Assembly (NCBI GenBank): GCA_964188305.1
Contig: OZ076890.1
Length of the DNA stretch: 64,000 nucleotides
Direction: 5' to 3' (one strand)
Source of the DNA: Podarcis bocagei
Taxonomy: Eukaryota
In this document: piece by piece, positions 22,654-36,871 of the stretch
Numbering within the stretch: position 1 is the first letter of the stretch
How the letters are laid out: every line of letters begins with the position of its first letter
Made by a program: the position numbers and the translations under genes
The notes under the pieces: generated by a model
Databases searched by the model: none
Told to the model about the DNA's origin: nothing
Seen by the model: only the letters and a program-made list of their open reading frames with translations

Positions 22654-24358
22654 CTGCATCAAGAGGGGAAACAAGGTTTAAGAATAAGAATGTGATTAAA
22701 TGAAGTTATCTACTCTTGGTTTGGGGAAAGTAGCTCAGTAAATCCGGCACTGTCTAAAAGGATTCTTAAAGGTTAAGCGATATCCATGTGTTTGAATGTG
22801 ATTACCGTACTTCATCCCTGCTTCAGTAAGCAAAAGCAATTGTGTTTTATTACCCGACCTGTCAACCTGATCTCAAGGCAATGAACTTCGAGGGAAGACC
22901 AAACTGTTGCATGCTAGAGAAACAGATAAAAAGTCAGTATCATAGCACATCCATTGGCATGTCTTTTCTTTTCTTTTCCTCTTCAATGATGATGCTTGGC
23001 TAGTATCCATATATATACTACCTTGATATACTCTCCTTGTTTGCATTACCTAGTAGGCAGAACAACAGATTATGCCAGGTATGCCTGCCTATACTGTTTT
23101 TACTCCCCTTCCTCTGTTATTTCTCCTGGGTCAGATTTTAGCTGGTAAACTCCACAGAATAAGGACAGCATGCACTTTGATTGTTTAATAACAACAGCAG
23201 CAGCAACTGCTACATTCTGGAATGATTTACAGACTGCTATACCATTCAGAATGTCATCATGAGAGAAGGTCCAGCTGCTGGCAATGTATGGTTTTCCGCT
23301 CAATTTGATAATAAAGATACTGCAGTACCTATCTGTGAGAGGAGACTCCTTCTTCCATGTTTTGTCACAGATCATTAACCAAACTGCTAAACAAACATAA
23401 ATCCTCAATAATGGCTCACTGGAAACACAGCTCAGCAAAACAGTGAAACCTGAAAAGGTATCAAAATACCCTCTCAATAACTTGTTCCTTAACTATTTTT
23501 TACTCCTTTCCATTTTTTTATCTCATCCATGCCCTCATACTTTTCTTTCAGTTCTGCTCATTCTCATTGACAAGAACTCTTCCAGGCCAATCACATTTAT
23601 GCTTATATCATTGCAACAACCTCTGAGGTTAGACTGAGGCAAAGTGTCCTGGTTCACATACAATATTAAGCCATGGCTTGTTTACCCTAACTGTGGTTTG
23701 TTTGAATGTCCAAACCCATCCCAGTAAAATAATAACAGTTTGTTTTCCGCCAAAAAAAAAACATAACTGTTTGTTGACTTATGAACTCTGCCTTGTTTTT
23801 ACTATGGTTTGGTGTCACATCTGAACCCAACAGCCTTGCTGAACCATGGTGAGTCTGTTCTCCTCACCCCTGACACTTGTAAAGCTAAAATGGCACAAGA
23901 CAAGAGTAGTTGGAAAACAAGCCAAAATTTGGAGAAAAGAAGGCATGGCTTGCTTGTTCACTTGCTTGTGACATGACTCATGGTTTGTTGAACAAAGTAT
24001 GGCTTAGAATTATGTGTAAAAACAGCCAGTGACTGGTTCAAAATAATCAGTGATGTTCATGGGGAATCTGAACCAAAATCCCAACATTCCAAGAGTAAAG
24101 TTGCAATTCTCTACACACTTACCTGGGAGTAAACTCTATTGGACATGCATAGGGTTGCACTGTAGCACTCTACGCATTTGAACTACACCAATTCATTGTG
24201 ATGTATCTTAATCTGTGACACATTAGTGAGGGGAGTTTAGATGAATTGATCTCCTGATCCATACCTAAATCTTAATTTCCAGCTTTTAGCCACAGACATG
24301 AAAAACATCAAATGAATATGTTATTTTTAAAATTATGAATGGTTTAACATTAGAATAA

Positions 24359-24712
24359 GGGACCCGGGTGGCGCTGTGGGTTAAACCACAGAGCCTAGGG
24401 TCTTGCCGATCGGAAGGTCACGGTTCGAATCCCCGCGACAGGGTGAGCTCCCGTTGCTCAGTCCCAGCTCCTGCCAACCTAGCAGTTCAAAAGCACCCCA
24501 AAAAGTGCAAGTAGATAAATAGGTACCGCTCCGGAGGGGAAGGTAAACGGCATTTCCGTGCGCTGCTCTGGTTCGCCAGAAGCGGCATTGTCATGCTGGC
24601 CACATGACCCGGAAGCTGTACGCCGGCTTCCTCAGCCAATAAAGCGAGATGAGCGCTGCAACCCCAGAGTCGGTCACAAATGGTCCTAATGGTCAGGGGT
24701 CCCTTTACCTTT
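24359..24712 (+). mobile_element. Sauria-SINE-like element, full length
   Basis: tRNA-like head (GGTGGCGCTGTGG...GGTTCGAATCCC), CCTTTACCTTT tail and TSD TTTAACATTAGAATA. Confidence 0.85.
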
Positions 24713-27164
24713 AACATTAGAATATAATACCTACAGGATGATCTACTGACGTAGTCCTTAGGGTATAGATCTAGCCACCTGGGTGGTATTCCCTGGTGCC
24801 AGTTACCAGAGGACTATGTTATTACATGCTATGGGTGTCGGACTTGATGGCGGTCTATTTTCATGCATTGTGGTAGGTCCAGGCCACCATCCTCTGCCCT
24901 ATCCTCCAAGAGAAGTAGGTTGCCTCTAATGAGGATATAGCTCACCTGTTGCATTACCTATAAAAGGTAGATGATAAATCAACAGTGTTGCACAACTGAT
25001 CAGAATCAGGAGAGCATAAAGACTGTGCTTGGAGTCCAACTGTTCAAAGGTTTCAATAAAGTTTGCCTATGTAATAATGACAACCATGAGACCACAGTGG
25101 AAACACTAGCTCAGACAAAATCATTGAAACAAAACTTTTATTTTCTAAATGGGAGCTGAACTTGCTTAATTTGGGGGACACTTCTCCCTATTTTGCTGCT
25201 GTCACTTGCAAATCATAAGTGAATAAGTTGATTAAATTTTGTAAGCCCTGGGCCCCTCTTCTTAAGTAGCTACGCCAGCAGTTTGTTTTTAACATCCTGA
25301 AAAATAATATGTTATCCTGAACTCAGCATCAATGTCTCTTATCCATGTAAAAATCACCACCTCCCCCATCAGATCCACAGGGAAACTAAGAGGAAAATGC
25401 AAACAGAATTACTTGTCTGCTGTGAATGATTTTCCAAGGTTACAGCCAGCTATGATCCAATCTGTATCTGCAGAACATCATGTAATAGAACCCTCGTGAG
25501 ACTGTACCCAAGGAAGACTGTAGCTAAGTGGTAGATCACATCATGCCTTGCAAGGTCCCAAATTCAATGTCAGCTAAATGGGCAAGTGCCAAGTGATGGG
25601 ACAGACCTCTTCCAGGCGCTCAGAAAACATCCTGCTAGTTAGAGTAGACTGTGACCATCCAGATATCATTGGACTCCAGCTCCCATCAGCCCCAGCCAGC
25701 ACAGTCAATGGCCAGGGATGATGGAAGCTGTAGTTCAGCAACACCTGGAAGGCTACAGGTTCCTCACCCCTGGAGTACTGAGTTCTATGGACCAATGGTC
25801 CCACTCAGTATGAGGAGGTGTCACATTTTCCATTTCAGAATGCAGGGTGGGATTAAATGTTTCCCTATGCCATAAACTTCCTGCATAAAGAAAGCTTCTA
25901 TATCAGAGAGAAAGCCTGGCCATAACTCTTCTCTTTCATATGCTAGTTTTTCATGGACAAGGATGGCTTGTTTTTAGAGTGGGGAGCATTCGGGCTTGTA
26001 ATTCTCCACCTGCAGGAGAAGGCTGCAATGTATGATTTTCTGAATTCGTTGATCAAATATGTAAAATGAATATACTGGGTGGAGTTGAATGTTGCATGAA
26101 TGTTCCATCGATGCACTGCTGCCTGCCAGACAGAATGATCTTGTCCTCGCCACCCCCACATGCTGCTCTGACCCTCCCACGCCATTTTATGATTCCCTCT
26201 AGGATTTCTGGCGCAACTGTGGAAAACATGATTGCCGCTGCAATTTGTACATCAATCCTCCATAAACATAACAGGCAGTGTGGTACAGCAGCCAAACTGT
26301 TTGCGTTAAGATGTGAGATAGCCAGGTTCCAATCCTCATTCAGGGAAGCTCCCCCATTACGTTTGCTCCAGGAAAACACCCTGGTTACACTGGACTGCCC
26401 TGCAAGAAATGTATGTACTGCAGATGCCACAAAGCATTGTGTATGTGCATCCAGGAATTCTCATTTCCCATACACGTGCATGTGGTTGTTTAAAGAGACA
26501 TGTACATGCCTAGCCGCAATTTGCATATTTGCTGCGTGAAATGCTGATGTTAACACCAGTGTTTCCTGCACTGATTGTAATGCACAGCGCTGCCCTTGGC
26601 CATGAAATTCCTTAGTTGGCATTTGGCAAAGTACCCAGTCTTCTCATCCTGTTCTACCTCACATGGCTATTCTGAGATTAAAAAAAATAAAACTGAGCTT
26701 GTAGACAGGGTACAAATGAAATAAATAAAAGTTATCTCTAAATTAAGTCTCAGAGAACAGGCTTAAAATAATGACAGATGAATTAAAAGGGGGGAAATGT
26801 ATATTGCTATGGCACTTGGAAATTAAATAAGCAATGTGGATCTCGTTCCTCCACTAAACTGAATATTGAGGGTAACAGAAGTAGGCCCCTATCTACACTA
26901 TATATTTGAAGCGGGATCATACTGCTTGATACAGCCACGGCTTCCCTCAAAGAATCCTGCAAAGTTTAATTTGTTAATTGTGCTGAGAGTTGTTAGGAGA
27001 CCCCAAATCCCATCATAGATCCACAATTCTCAGATTAGCTTAACAGTCAATTCCTGGTCCCGGAAAACTCTGGGAATTGTAGTTCTGCTAGGAAAATGGG
27101 GGTGGTCTCATAACAACTCTCTTAACAAACTACAGTTCCCAGGATTCTTCGGGGGAAGCCACTA

Positions 27165-27380
27165 CAGTGGTACCTTGGTTGTCGAACGTAATGCGTTCCG
27201 GGAGTCCGTTCAACTACCAGAACAGTTTGAAAACCACGGCGCGGCTTCCAATTGGCTGCAGGAGCTTCCTGCACTCAATCTGAAGCCGCGGAAGCCGTGT
27301 CGGACATTCAGCTTCCAAAAAACGTTCACAAACAGGAACACTCACTTCTGGGTTTGCGGCGTTCGGGACCCGATTTGTTT
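27165..27380. mobile_element. Tc1/mariner MITE fragment (second subfamily)
   Basis: TA+CAGTGGTACCTTGGTTGTCGAAC terminus. A related inverted fragment lies at about 16210-16369. Confidence 0.6.
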
Positions 27381-28299
27381 GGGTGCAGGTGGGCCCTACT
27401 CTATGTGCACATAGTGTCACTTCTGTTTACCAGGATGGGTTTGGGGCACAGGTGGAAGGGTTGGTGAAGCCAGGGTTGCAGAGTCACTCTGGTAGAACAA
27501 ATCCCGCAACACCTCCCATATACACCTATAGAGTCTCACTTCTATCTACCCTAGCGTCACGTTGTCCCAGTAAGTAGTAGCAGCAACAACACTTCTCTTG
27601 GGAAGGCAGTGACATGGCACTGCCCCACCACGTCAGCTACTCCTGACAGTTACAATATTATAATATATGTATCTTCATAAAAGTAGATCTGGTAAAACAG
27701 GAATGTTTGTAAAGCGAATGTCTATATGTATCTTCAACTTGCATACTTCTAATCTTAAATACGCACTCATTCATTGTGGCAGCATGTTCAGCTCACATGC
27801 TGTATCATTAAATCAGTTTCTAAATCAACAAGAGCAAATATCGATTCATCTAACTGTGAAAGAACTATTCTTTATCACAAATGCCAAATGTTCTATATTT
27901 TTTAAAAAACACTGGTGAAAGCAGTTTGCCAGTTATCTTAACTTATTGTATGCTTGCTCACATCTAGTGGCAATGATTCAAAACAAGTCATAAGTTAGAC
28001 TGATAACACCTTAACTTTTCCATTCATCTAGGCTTTTTAACTACCTCCCATATGCTTTTAAAATTACATAGATCACTCTGTTATTTTAAGCACTGTGGTG
28101 CTTTTCACATTTACATTTGCTTTTTGCTGCATTTTATTGTGTTTTTTTTGCATTGCTAAACTATTCTGAAATGTGGTATAGAAATGTTCTAAAGACATTA
28201 TTCTATACATTAACTCTCATTGAGCAGCCATGATCCTTCCACCTCCACTTTGAAACAATCTCTTCCCTTCCCTTTTGTAAAAACAGCATTATTACTTAC

Positions 28300-28393
28300 C
28301 TCCCATCAGTAGATTAGGTAGGTATGTTGGATGAGGCTGGCTTTCTGATCTCTGGGATATGCCAGCGTTCGCATTTGCCCCTTCCACATCCAT
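28300..28393 (-). CDS. ASB9: ASB9 first coding exon
   Basis: MDVEGANANAGISQRSESQPHPTYLPNLLMG|gtaagt. 94 nt. It resembles human ...LLSNPLMG, and the phase fits exon 2. Upstream acceptor at 28463-28464. Confidence 0.85.
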
Positions 28394-29532
28394 TGCGACA
28401 CTGGACAGTCTGGCTACTGTGATTTCACTTCACAGCTGAGAAGAGTTCAAATTCCATCTCGCCTGTTAAAAAAATATCCCAAGTTCTATGAGTCATTTAT
28501 TAAGCAGTGTGTGTGCAAGTGAAGAACATTTTGCAGAAGACCAAGGCTTCAGTGCTAGCATCAAGTTTACAGGAACCCAAATACCTGGGCACTCCAGCTT
28601 AACAGAACACCTCTTCATTGACTGGGTTAAAAAGTACATGAAGATTTCGGGCACAGAGAACAAAGTGAGGGATGTGGCTGATGTCATATCCTTTCCAGGA
28701 CCATGTCCAATCAGCGAGTTTGCCTTCTGTTTTTATAAGAAAGGAACTTCTCAGTTGCCAAAAAAACAAGACAGAAAGAGCCAGTTTTACTAGCTCAGCA
28801 AACTGTGCCTTCAGGGGATTTATAACAGAGAAAGAGAGAAAGAGAAGGGGGGGGGGTTAGCGCTGTCTGCAATGCCTTTATCACAAGGCACAAATTAATT
28901 TGTTTTTAGACATACCATCACAAACATTCAAAAAAGCATGACTACACGCAGAAATGGCAAGCTGAATCCTTTCTGCACAGAAGTTTTTGCACCACATACC
29001 ACAAGAATATTAAAACCACATGTTTGGAGAGCTGTTTCCAACTGCTCCTTTATACTCCCTATGGCATGAAAAAGCACAGTGTTAGGCAGAGCTTCTTTAT
29101 TTAATTTTAATATCTTGACCACAGATGAACTCAAGACGACACATGATGAAGGGTAAACAAAGCAAAACCCCATTCAAACCAACACTGTTCTATTCACCCC
29201 CACCCCCACCCACCCCCGTCTATCCGTTTCTGTTTAGGGACTTAATATTACACTTGGTAGTTTGCTTTTTTTTTTTTACCTGAATAGAAACTTATTAACT
29301 TAGTGGCCCTTCAAGGAAAAATGGCTGGCAACTCCCCAACTATAATCAAATGAAAACAGAGAGGAGCAACGACCACTCATGAGCCTCTCTAAGGCTCACT
29401 GAGCAAGGGGGAAAGGAGGAGACTGGCATATTATAAGACAGCGGTGACTGCAATGTATGAGGATCCTGTGTTCTTCTTTTGGCAGTTTGTTATTATTACT
29501 ACTATTATTAAAGTACAGATAAAACCACTTAC

Positions 29533-29715
29533 CCTATTGTGGGCAGTGGCGATTCAGCTTGGGGTTGGCGGAGAGCTGGGGTGGGTGGGGTGAGGATCAC
29601 CTGTGGGGCTGGCTGATGTCAGTAATAGCCACGGCTGGACAAGTGGGGGGGGGGGATAACCCGCCAAACTTCTAATTTCAAATGGGCCAATCAGTACCCT
29701 AGTAGGGCGGGCAGT
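29533..29715 (-). promoter_or_regulatory. ASB9: Putative ASB9 promoter and non-coding first exon
   Basis: Donor AGG|GTAAGT at 29533/29532, CCAAT box at 29687-29691, GC box GGGCGGG at 29705-29711. The first coding exon has its own acceptor, so an upstream exon is expected. Confidence 0.5.
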
Positions 29716-29899
29716 GAAATAAGTTGTGGTTTGTTTTCTTGTTTGTGGAATGGTTCCTAGTGTGTTGAAGAAACCATGATAAAAAAAACAAAACAGGGCT
29801 TTGTGTTGTGGATAAATAATGAGACAATTAAAAGGTAGAATTCAAGGGAAAAAATTAGTTATCCAAACACACTGTAGCATCATCAGTTAATTTAAACGT

Positions 29900-30287
29900 A
29901 AGGTAAAAAGGTAAAGGACCCCTGGATGGTTAAGTCCAGTCAAAGGCGACTATGGTGTGTGGCGCTCATCTCGCTTTCAGGCCAAGGGAGTCGGCGTTTG
30001 TCCACAAACAGCTTTCTGGGTCATGTGGCCAGCATGAGCAAACCACTACCGGCTCAATGGGACACCGTGACGGAAGCCAGAGCACACAGAAACGCCGTTT
30101 ACCTTCGCGCCACAGTGGTACCTATTTTTCTACTTGAACTGGTGTGTTTTCAAACTGCTAGGTTGGCAGGAGCTGGGGCGGAGCAACGGAAGCTCACTAC
30201 GGTATATCGTGGGGATTCGAACCACCTACTTTCCGATCATCAAGCACTAGATGCTCTGTGGTTTAGACCTCATGCCACCCACGTCCC
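29900..30287 (-). mobile_element. Sauria-SINE-like element
   Basis: Reverse-complement relative of 24359-24712. Confidence 0.82.
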
Positions 30288-31146
30288 TTAATTAAATTAA
30301 ATTGTAAAGTACATTAAATGATGTATACAAATAAAAGTATTTATCCCCAACCCGCAACTCTGAAATATTTAATAATATATTTCCCGTTCAAGCTTCCACA
30401 CACCTGGAAGGGCTTCAGAAATCATGACTCAGTGCTCTTCTCATTTAGGAACTAAGCACAGCCTATCACAACAGTTCTTTTCGGAAAATGTGAACGGACT
30501 GAGTAGCATAGGTAGCTCATTCCATTTGTTGGAATAGCTCTTAGCCTCCAGAGTGAAACATCAGCCTTAATCCTACACATTGATGTGTCTGACAGTCTGG
30601 TCTTTGACCGCATTTCACATAACTGACAGTAAACTGAAAGTGGGAGATGGGGCTATACATCAGGACTGAATGATGAGAATTGGCAGAGCAATGTAGGAAC
30701 AGTTGCATTATGTCTGCTTTCATTATGCTCAAGGTAAAGCTATCCAGTCTTTTCAACAGTGCCTGTTTTTCGCTATAAAAAACAGCAAATCAAAGGCAGC
30801 TGCGATTTTCCACAATTCAGGTTTTGCTTCTGAACGTCATACCTTCTGATTCTGATGTGCAGGTGTAAAGTGCCAGCGCTTATGTATGCAAAATGGACCA
30901 CTCATACACAAGATGAAACTATCAACCGCCTGGCGGAGCCCTTAAGTTTGTAGAAATAGAAAATATCTGGGGAGGGAACCCTGAAAAGGAGGGGAGTCAA
31001 AAGACAGCCTAATGAGCCTGCTCAGTTGTCATGGAATGCAAACCAGCTGTCAGAATGGTGGCAAAATGGATGAGGAGGGTAATGGAGTATCCTGGGTACA
31101 GGCATGGCTGACTGACTGGAATAATGAACAGGAACATTCCACACTA

Positions 31147-31388
31147 CAGTGGTACCTTGGGTTACATACGCTTCAGGTTATATACGCTTCAGGTTACACA
31201 CTCCGCTAACCCAGAAATAGTGCTTCAGGTTAAGAACTTTATTTCAGGATGAGAACAGAAATCGGGCTCCGGCAGCGCAGCAGCAGCGGGAGGCCCCATT
31301 AGCTAAAGTGGTGCTTCAGGTTAAGAACAGTTTCAGGTTAAGTACGCACCTCTGGAACGAATTAAGTACTTAACCCGAGGTACCACTG
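31147..31388. mobile_element. Tigger/pogo-like MITE
   Basis: Same TIRs and TA TSD as 1958-2166. Confidence 0.8.
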
Positions 31389-31503
31389 TACACTATTCTG
31401 TTGCAGGTCCCAATTGTACTCCTAAAATACCAGTCTTTAGCTTCACAATGTGTATGTATATATACCAGTCTTTAGCTTCACAATGTGTATATATACATAC
31501 ATA

Positions 31504-31546
<43 letters not shown>

Positions 31547-33988
31547 ACTCACTATGGCAGGAGGTCCTTGCCCCAACAACCTACAGTTTTCCAGTTGAAG
31601 GATCTAAAACATGAGTGTCGGTTCTGGCCACATAATTGGGCAATGTGATGGTTTCTTTTAGTGTCACTCCCCACATTCAACTGAGCATATATGTGTCAGG
31701 GGAAGGTTTGCAATTGCAATCCCCTTCCTCCTTCAATTTCTACTTAGTGTACTTGCACAGAACATGTGAAGAGGATTACAGGCATATGGAGGGAGGGGCC
31801 TTTATAGTGCAGGGACCCCAAAGCAACACATTGACCCAAAGCAGCAGATCGTCATTTGGTGACAACGTGGGACAAAGTCTTCTCAGGGACAGCACCCACA
31901 CCAGACAATTCACGAGGCAGAGACAAGGATATATTCTAAACTCCTCTTAAACACCAACGGTTGCCCAAGCTTCCACTGATTCAAATTCTTGTGACTTTTT
32001 CATTCTCTGTTTTGTACACCACTCCATTTTATTTGAGCCGTATCATTTTGTTTCAATCTTGTTTTTAGGAAGTTTCACCAAACGCCGTTGTTTTAACATA
32101 AACCATTTAAAGCACCATTTGTAAATAAATATACACATAGGAACTCAAATGGGATTTAGTGAGGGATGCCACCCAGTGTCAAGGTGATGGCACCCCCTAA
32201 ATAAAAATTAAGAGCACCCAAGTGTAAACACGTCCCAGCATTTTGGACTAAGCTCAGCATAAGGTGCTTACTCATTCGTAGAAAGGGGGCCAGGAAACGG
32301 CTTCAACCTGCAATTCAGTTCTTGACCAAACGGCCTTTACTATGGATCATAAACCAATGAATAAATTAGTCATAGTCCGGCGGGGGGGGGGGCACGACTT
32401 CCTTTCAGGTTGATATTACATAATAAAGTAACACGGGCAGAAACCCCACTTTGGAAAAAGCAAGGTCATGACAAGATAACAGACTAATGGAATAGGTGGT
32501 CTCAAGCCTGTGGTGGGATGGTGGCTCACCATTGAAAGGGGAAGATAAAGGCTTTAGATTTTAAGAAAGCTCATGGGATCTTACCTCCTCACACTTGGTC
32601 CCCCAGACACTTCCTTTCCCGCTCCAAGGAGGCAGGGAAAGAAGGCAGGAAGGAGATCACGCCAGGCACTTGGGAGCAATATTCTTCGTGTTTCCTTTTG
32701 TTGCTCTTCCCAGTCTCCTTGCTGCTAGCATGCTGAAAAGACGTGCATCAGGGATCTAGTATGAATAGGTAAGGTCCCAGGGGATTTCTTGAGATATAGG
32801 TCTTCTCTGAAGGGGCCTACCTGCTGGGCATGGCTGGCTGGGGTGGGGCCAGGAGAGGCAAGGCCTTTAACCTAGCAACCACATGATCCTGCAAGTCTTC
32901 CCTCCCTTCCAGTTTCTGAGACAAAGGAGTAGAGCTGGCAGAGACACAGGCTGTTGGAAGGAGCTGGGCTTTCAGATGCCTCTCATACCTTTGCTTCCTT
33001 TTGCCTAAGAACCTCAGTTTTGATGTCCAAAGCCTCGTTAAGACTCATGAATTCATTTATGCTTTTTGCAGCACCAGCCGATACACATTTCTGGTACAAC
33101 AGTGCCCTGTTTCCAAACTCTTCTAGTCATCTGTATGCATACCAGATTCCAACTCTGAGTTCCTTCCAATAAGTGTGTAAGATCCAGGTACTGTAGCTCT
33201 ATAAATAAAGCTGTCAAAACATTTATAAATGGTTTCAGAAATGTCAAACAGTGGAACACACCTAACCCTTTTGAAATCTTTAGACAGAGAGATATTGACT
33301 GTTGCTTAATAAGAAAACCTTTAGACTAGTTTGGTGTAGTTCAGTGACCATTTTTTATGTGTGCTAGTCTGAATAATTTAAGTTATAGAAAATATAAATA
33401 CTGATTTTTTAAAAATAAAAAAGGTTATTCTATAAAAGACAAGGTTTGTTTGTTTGTTTTAAAAGTGACACGGTGCTGTTCAGTGGTATGTGTCAGGCAT
33501 TTTATATGACGTTACAGATGACCCCTTTGTTACTCTCCTGAATTTGATGTAGGGTAAAAATGTTTTTACAACCTGGCAGGATAGCACAGGCTTACTAAAC
33601 ATGCACACTGTGCTACCGCTTAGTAAATGGACACATATCCAGCTTACTGACAAATGTTTGGGGATAGGAGAGATAATATTGGAAAGCTGCTATACACATA
33701 TTTAGAAGCATTTTCTTCTTCTATTACTACTTCATGTCTTCCAGGCTCAAGGCCTGCCACTGGAAACATTCAGAAACTCAGCCCTGGCTATTAGGACTCT
33801 CTGTCTTCTCTGAAGATTTCTTGCCATTTCTGGCAGCTAAGAACATAAGAGATGCTCTGCTGAATCAGACCCAAGGCCCGTCTTGTCTAGCATCCTATTC
33901 TCACAGTGGCCAACCGGATACCCATAGGGTGCTTGCAAGCACAGCACTTACTTCAATTTCCCCCTGCAGCATCCTGCTTATTGTTTTG

Positions 33989-34235
33989 ACACTGAGGTCC
34001 AGCGCCGAGGGCCTTCTGGCGGTTCCCTCACTGCGAGAGGTGAGGTTACAGGGAACCAGGCAGAGGGCCTTCTTGGTAGTGGCGCCTGCCCTGCGAAACG
34101 CCCTCAAGGCAATAAACAACTATTTTGCTTTTAAAAGACAACTGAAGGCGGCCCTGTTTAGGGAAGTTTTTAATGTCTGATGCTGTATTGTTTTTAATAT
34201 TCAATTGGAAGCCGCCCAGAGTAGCTGGGGAAATG
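33989..34235 (+). mobile_element. L2 LINE 3' fragment nested in an older repeat (about 33840-34340)
   Basis: TLRSSAEGLLAVPSLREVRLQGTRQRAF...ALFREVFNV is nearly identical to the end of the 17864-18595 ORF. Confidence 0.85.
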
Positions 34236-34587
34236 GAACGGAACCTACTGCTCCAGGACACTTGCATATTTCCCACAGGCATCTGTTTGTCCCCTGTGAG
34301 AACAGGATGCTAGACTAGATGGGTCATTGGCATTTTCTTATGTCTCAGACAAGTCACCTTGTCACATACCTGGCTCTGAGCAATGCAGCAGTAAACCTGC
34401 ATTATTGTGCACTCTGCCTAAATAATAGTGAGATTGTTTGGCACTCAGGTATCACAGGGAATAGTGAATGTGAATTGGCTAAAAGTTTAATACGTGACAA
34501 AACGAACTGGTTTTGTGGAAGAGAGAGCAAAACTAGGGCTGCCATATGTCTGGGATTTCAAAGACGGAATTGACATCCAGGGGGAAT

Positions 34588-34604
34588 CGCCAGAAGGTGG
34601 CGCT
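34588..34604 (+). promoter_or_regulatory. Candidate CTCF site between ASB9 and ASB11
   Basis: CGCCAGAAGGTGGCGCT is close to the CTCF core consensus. Motif evidence only. Confidence 0.4.
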
Positions 34605-34849
34605 TTGTCCTGGATCTTAAGCAAGTTAATTGAAAAATCACATTTTTATTTGTGTTTTTGTAAACAAAAAACAAAACAAAAACCCACCACAACCCTCAAA
34701 CTTAGCGGTTTGTCTAAAAAAAGCTCAACTTAGGGGTCCTGGTTTCTACTTTTTGGAGTATGTCAATCCTAGCAAAACCGTTTCTGAAATAGATCCACCA
34801 AGATTCAAAACGTTCACCTGGTCTCAGAGAGCCCTCCTGTGTGCATTTA

Positions 34850-35199
34850 CCGTATTTTTCACCCTATAGGACGCACTTTTTCCCCTCCAAAAATGAAGGG
34901 GAAATGTGTGTGCGTCCTATGGGGCGAATGCAGGCTTTCGCTGAAGCCTGGAGAGCGAGAGGCATCGGTGCGCACCGACCCCTCTCACTCTCCAGGCTTC
35001 AGGAAGCTCTCAGCCAGCCTTGGGAGTCCGCGGGAGTTCCCGTCGGGCTCCCTAGGCTTGTGGATAGCAGCCTGCATCTCGGGCTTCCCCCACCCCAGCC
35101 CCGTGCCTGGGAGGGAAATAATTTTTTTCCCTTTATTTCCCCCCAAAAAAACTAGGTGTGTCCTTTGGGCCGGTGCGTCCTATGGGGCGAAAAATACGG
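34850..35199. mobile_element. Tc1/mariner-superfamily MITE
   Basis: TA-CCGTATTTTTC...GAAAAATACGG-TA. Same family as 755-1119. Confidence 0.75.
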
Positions 35200-35966
35200 T
35201 AAGTAGAGTTAGCTTTTAATGGCAAAAATTACAGGTAATTTTCACAGGCAGAAAGATAACTGTTTTCTATAATGGACTAGATGTTACTGATTCAGTGTCA
35301 TTTATCTTTTCAGAAACTAAGCAATCAACCATTTCCCGTGAATCCATTTGTTCTGCTTCATACGGTATGTGCCCGTGATAACGCCAACATTAATGGATCC
35401 TCTTCCTCCTCTTTTAGAGCAGATGAGAAAGTATGACCTTGTTGTTATACCAGGTGTATTTTCATCTTCTAGGCGTTGGCTAATCCTGCTCTGAATTTTA
35501 ATGGCCTTAAAAAAGGACGTGGCAATTGAATTATACGCTCTGCTTATCAAAGAACAAAGTAACTTGCAGATAGGTTTAGGTGTGTTTAATTAAAATGAGA
35601 AACATTTAATGGACTTACTGAACATCTACACCAGTTAAAATGTAAGACTATGGATATGCTGCAGATGTAGTGCTCTAATACAAAGAGGTACAATAAACCA
35701 TGGGGAAGGTATGAGAAGAACCCTAGAGCCCATTTTGCTGTGATTACATAGAAACTGCTTCATTTTGGGCTAAACATTTGAAAAGCAAACTTTCAACCTC
35801 CAGAACAAGCTTTGCACAGAAAATAATGCACAGATGCTCTTTTCAAGATTGCTATATTATGGTTTTAAGCCCCATGTGCCTTTGTTAATTTTCACCCTGG
35901 TTTTTATTATATTAAGAGTAAACAATCTTTTTTGTTGATTCTATTAGCCTACAAAGAACTGTAAGG

Positions 35967-36091
35967 TTATCGGAACAAAAGAAAATCTTCAAGTCGTTCA
36001 GGTAAGTGTAGTTTGTGGACTAAATAAAGGCATGATCGGCCCAAGCATTTTCGGATACACAATCGGCACAGTTGGGCAAGCCTAGGAGGGC
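35967..36091 (-). CDS. ASB11: ASB11 last exon (SOCS box)
   Basis: GPPRLAQLCRLCIRKCLGRSCLYLVHKLHLPERLEDFLLFR*. 125 nt. Confidence 0.95.
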
Positions 36092-36679
36092 CTGGTGGAA
36101 GAGAGAAAAAAGAACAGTAGTATGAATTCAATAATGTCAACTCAGAGATAAGTACAGCATATATCACTGGGCAGAAATCTAGTCTATAAGGAGACTGTGA
36201 CTCAAGGGTAGGCAAATCCAGGTAAAAAGCTAGATAGAAAAAGCATCATTAATTCAAATTTAGATTTTAGCTTCCATGGGAATAATTGGGAACCTAGATT
36301 ACACTATATTTAGCTCACTAAATAATTTTTGAAGCACAACGATACAGAACCTGGGCTTTAGTTAAACCAAAGTAATTTAATAAAATTTTCACTATTCTGT
36401 ATATAGAGATAAATGCTACACTCTTGTCTGGTGGCTTTCCATTTCCATTTTTGCTTTACAATTTAATTCCCAGATTTTTATGCACAGGCAAAGCAGATCA
36501 CTTCCTTTCCCCATCTCCATATATTTCATTTGTATAGCCATGATCTAATTGGCTCAAATTCTCTTAAAGTCATTCAAGGACATCCCTGTAACCAGTTAAC
36601 CCCTAAGAACCTCTGTGGACAACAATAAGACCTGACAATTTGCAAGAAGCATGACGGTGACAAATGTCTAGGCCATTAC

Positions 36680-36871
36680 CTTCCCGGAGCAACAGTGCCC
36701 GTTCAACAGAGCTATTAGGTGCAGCAAGATCAAGAGCACATTTTAATTCAGAATTTCTACATTTCAAGCTGGCCCCGTAGTCTGTTAACAAGGTGACAAT
36801 TTCTGCACTGGATTTTCTAGCGGCTGCATGAAGTGGTGTGTCCAGTCCCTTACCCAGGTTGACACTAGCTC
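36680..36871 (-). CDS. ASB11: ASB11 exon 6
   Basis: GASVNLGKGLDTPLHAAARKSSAEIVTLLTDYGA...ALLLREG. 192 nt. Confidence 0.95.

Noticed and set aside
32990-33190. Protein-looking minus-strand frame (LEEFGNRALLYQKC...LRQKEAK|gtatga)
   Set aside because: There is an in-frame stop upstream and I recognise no homologue. It cannot be supported without a search.
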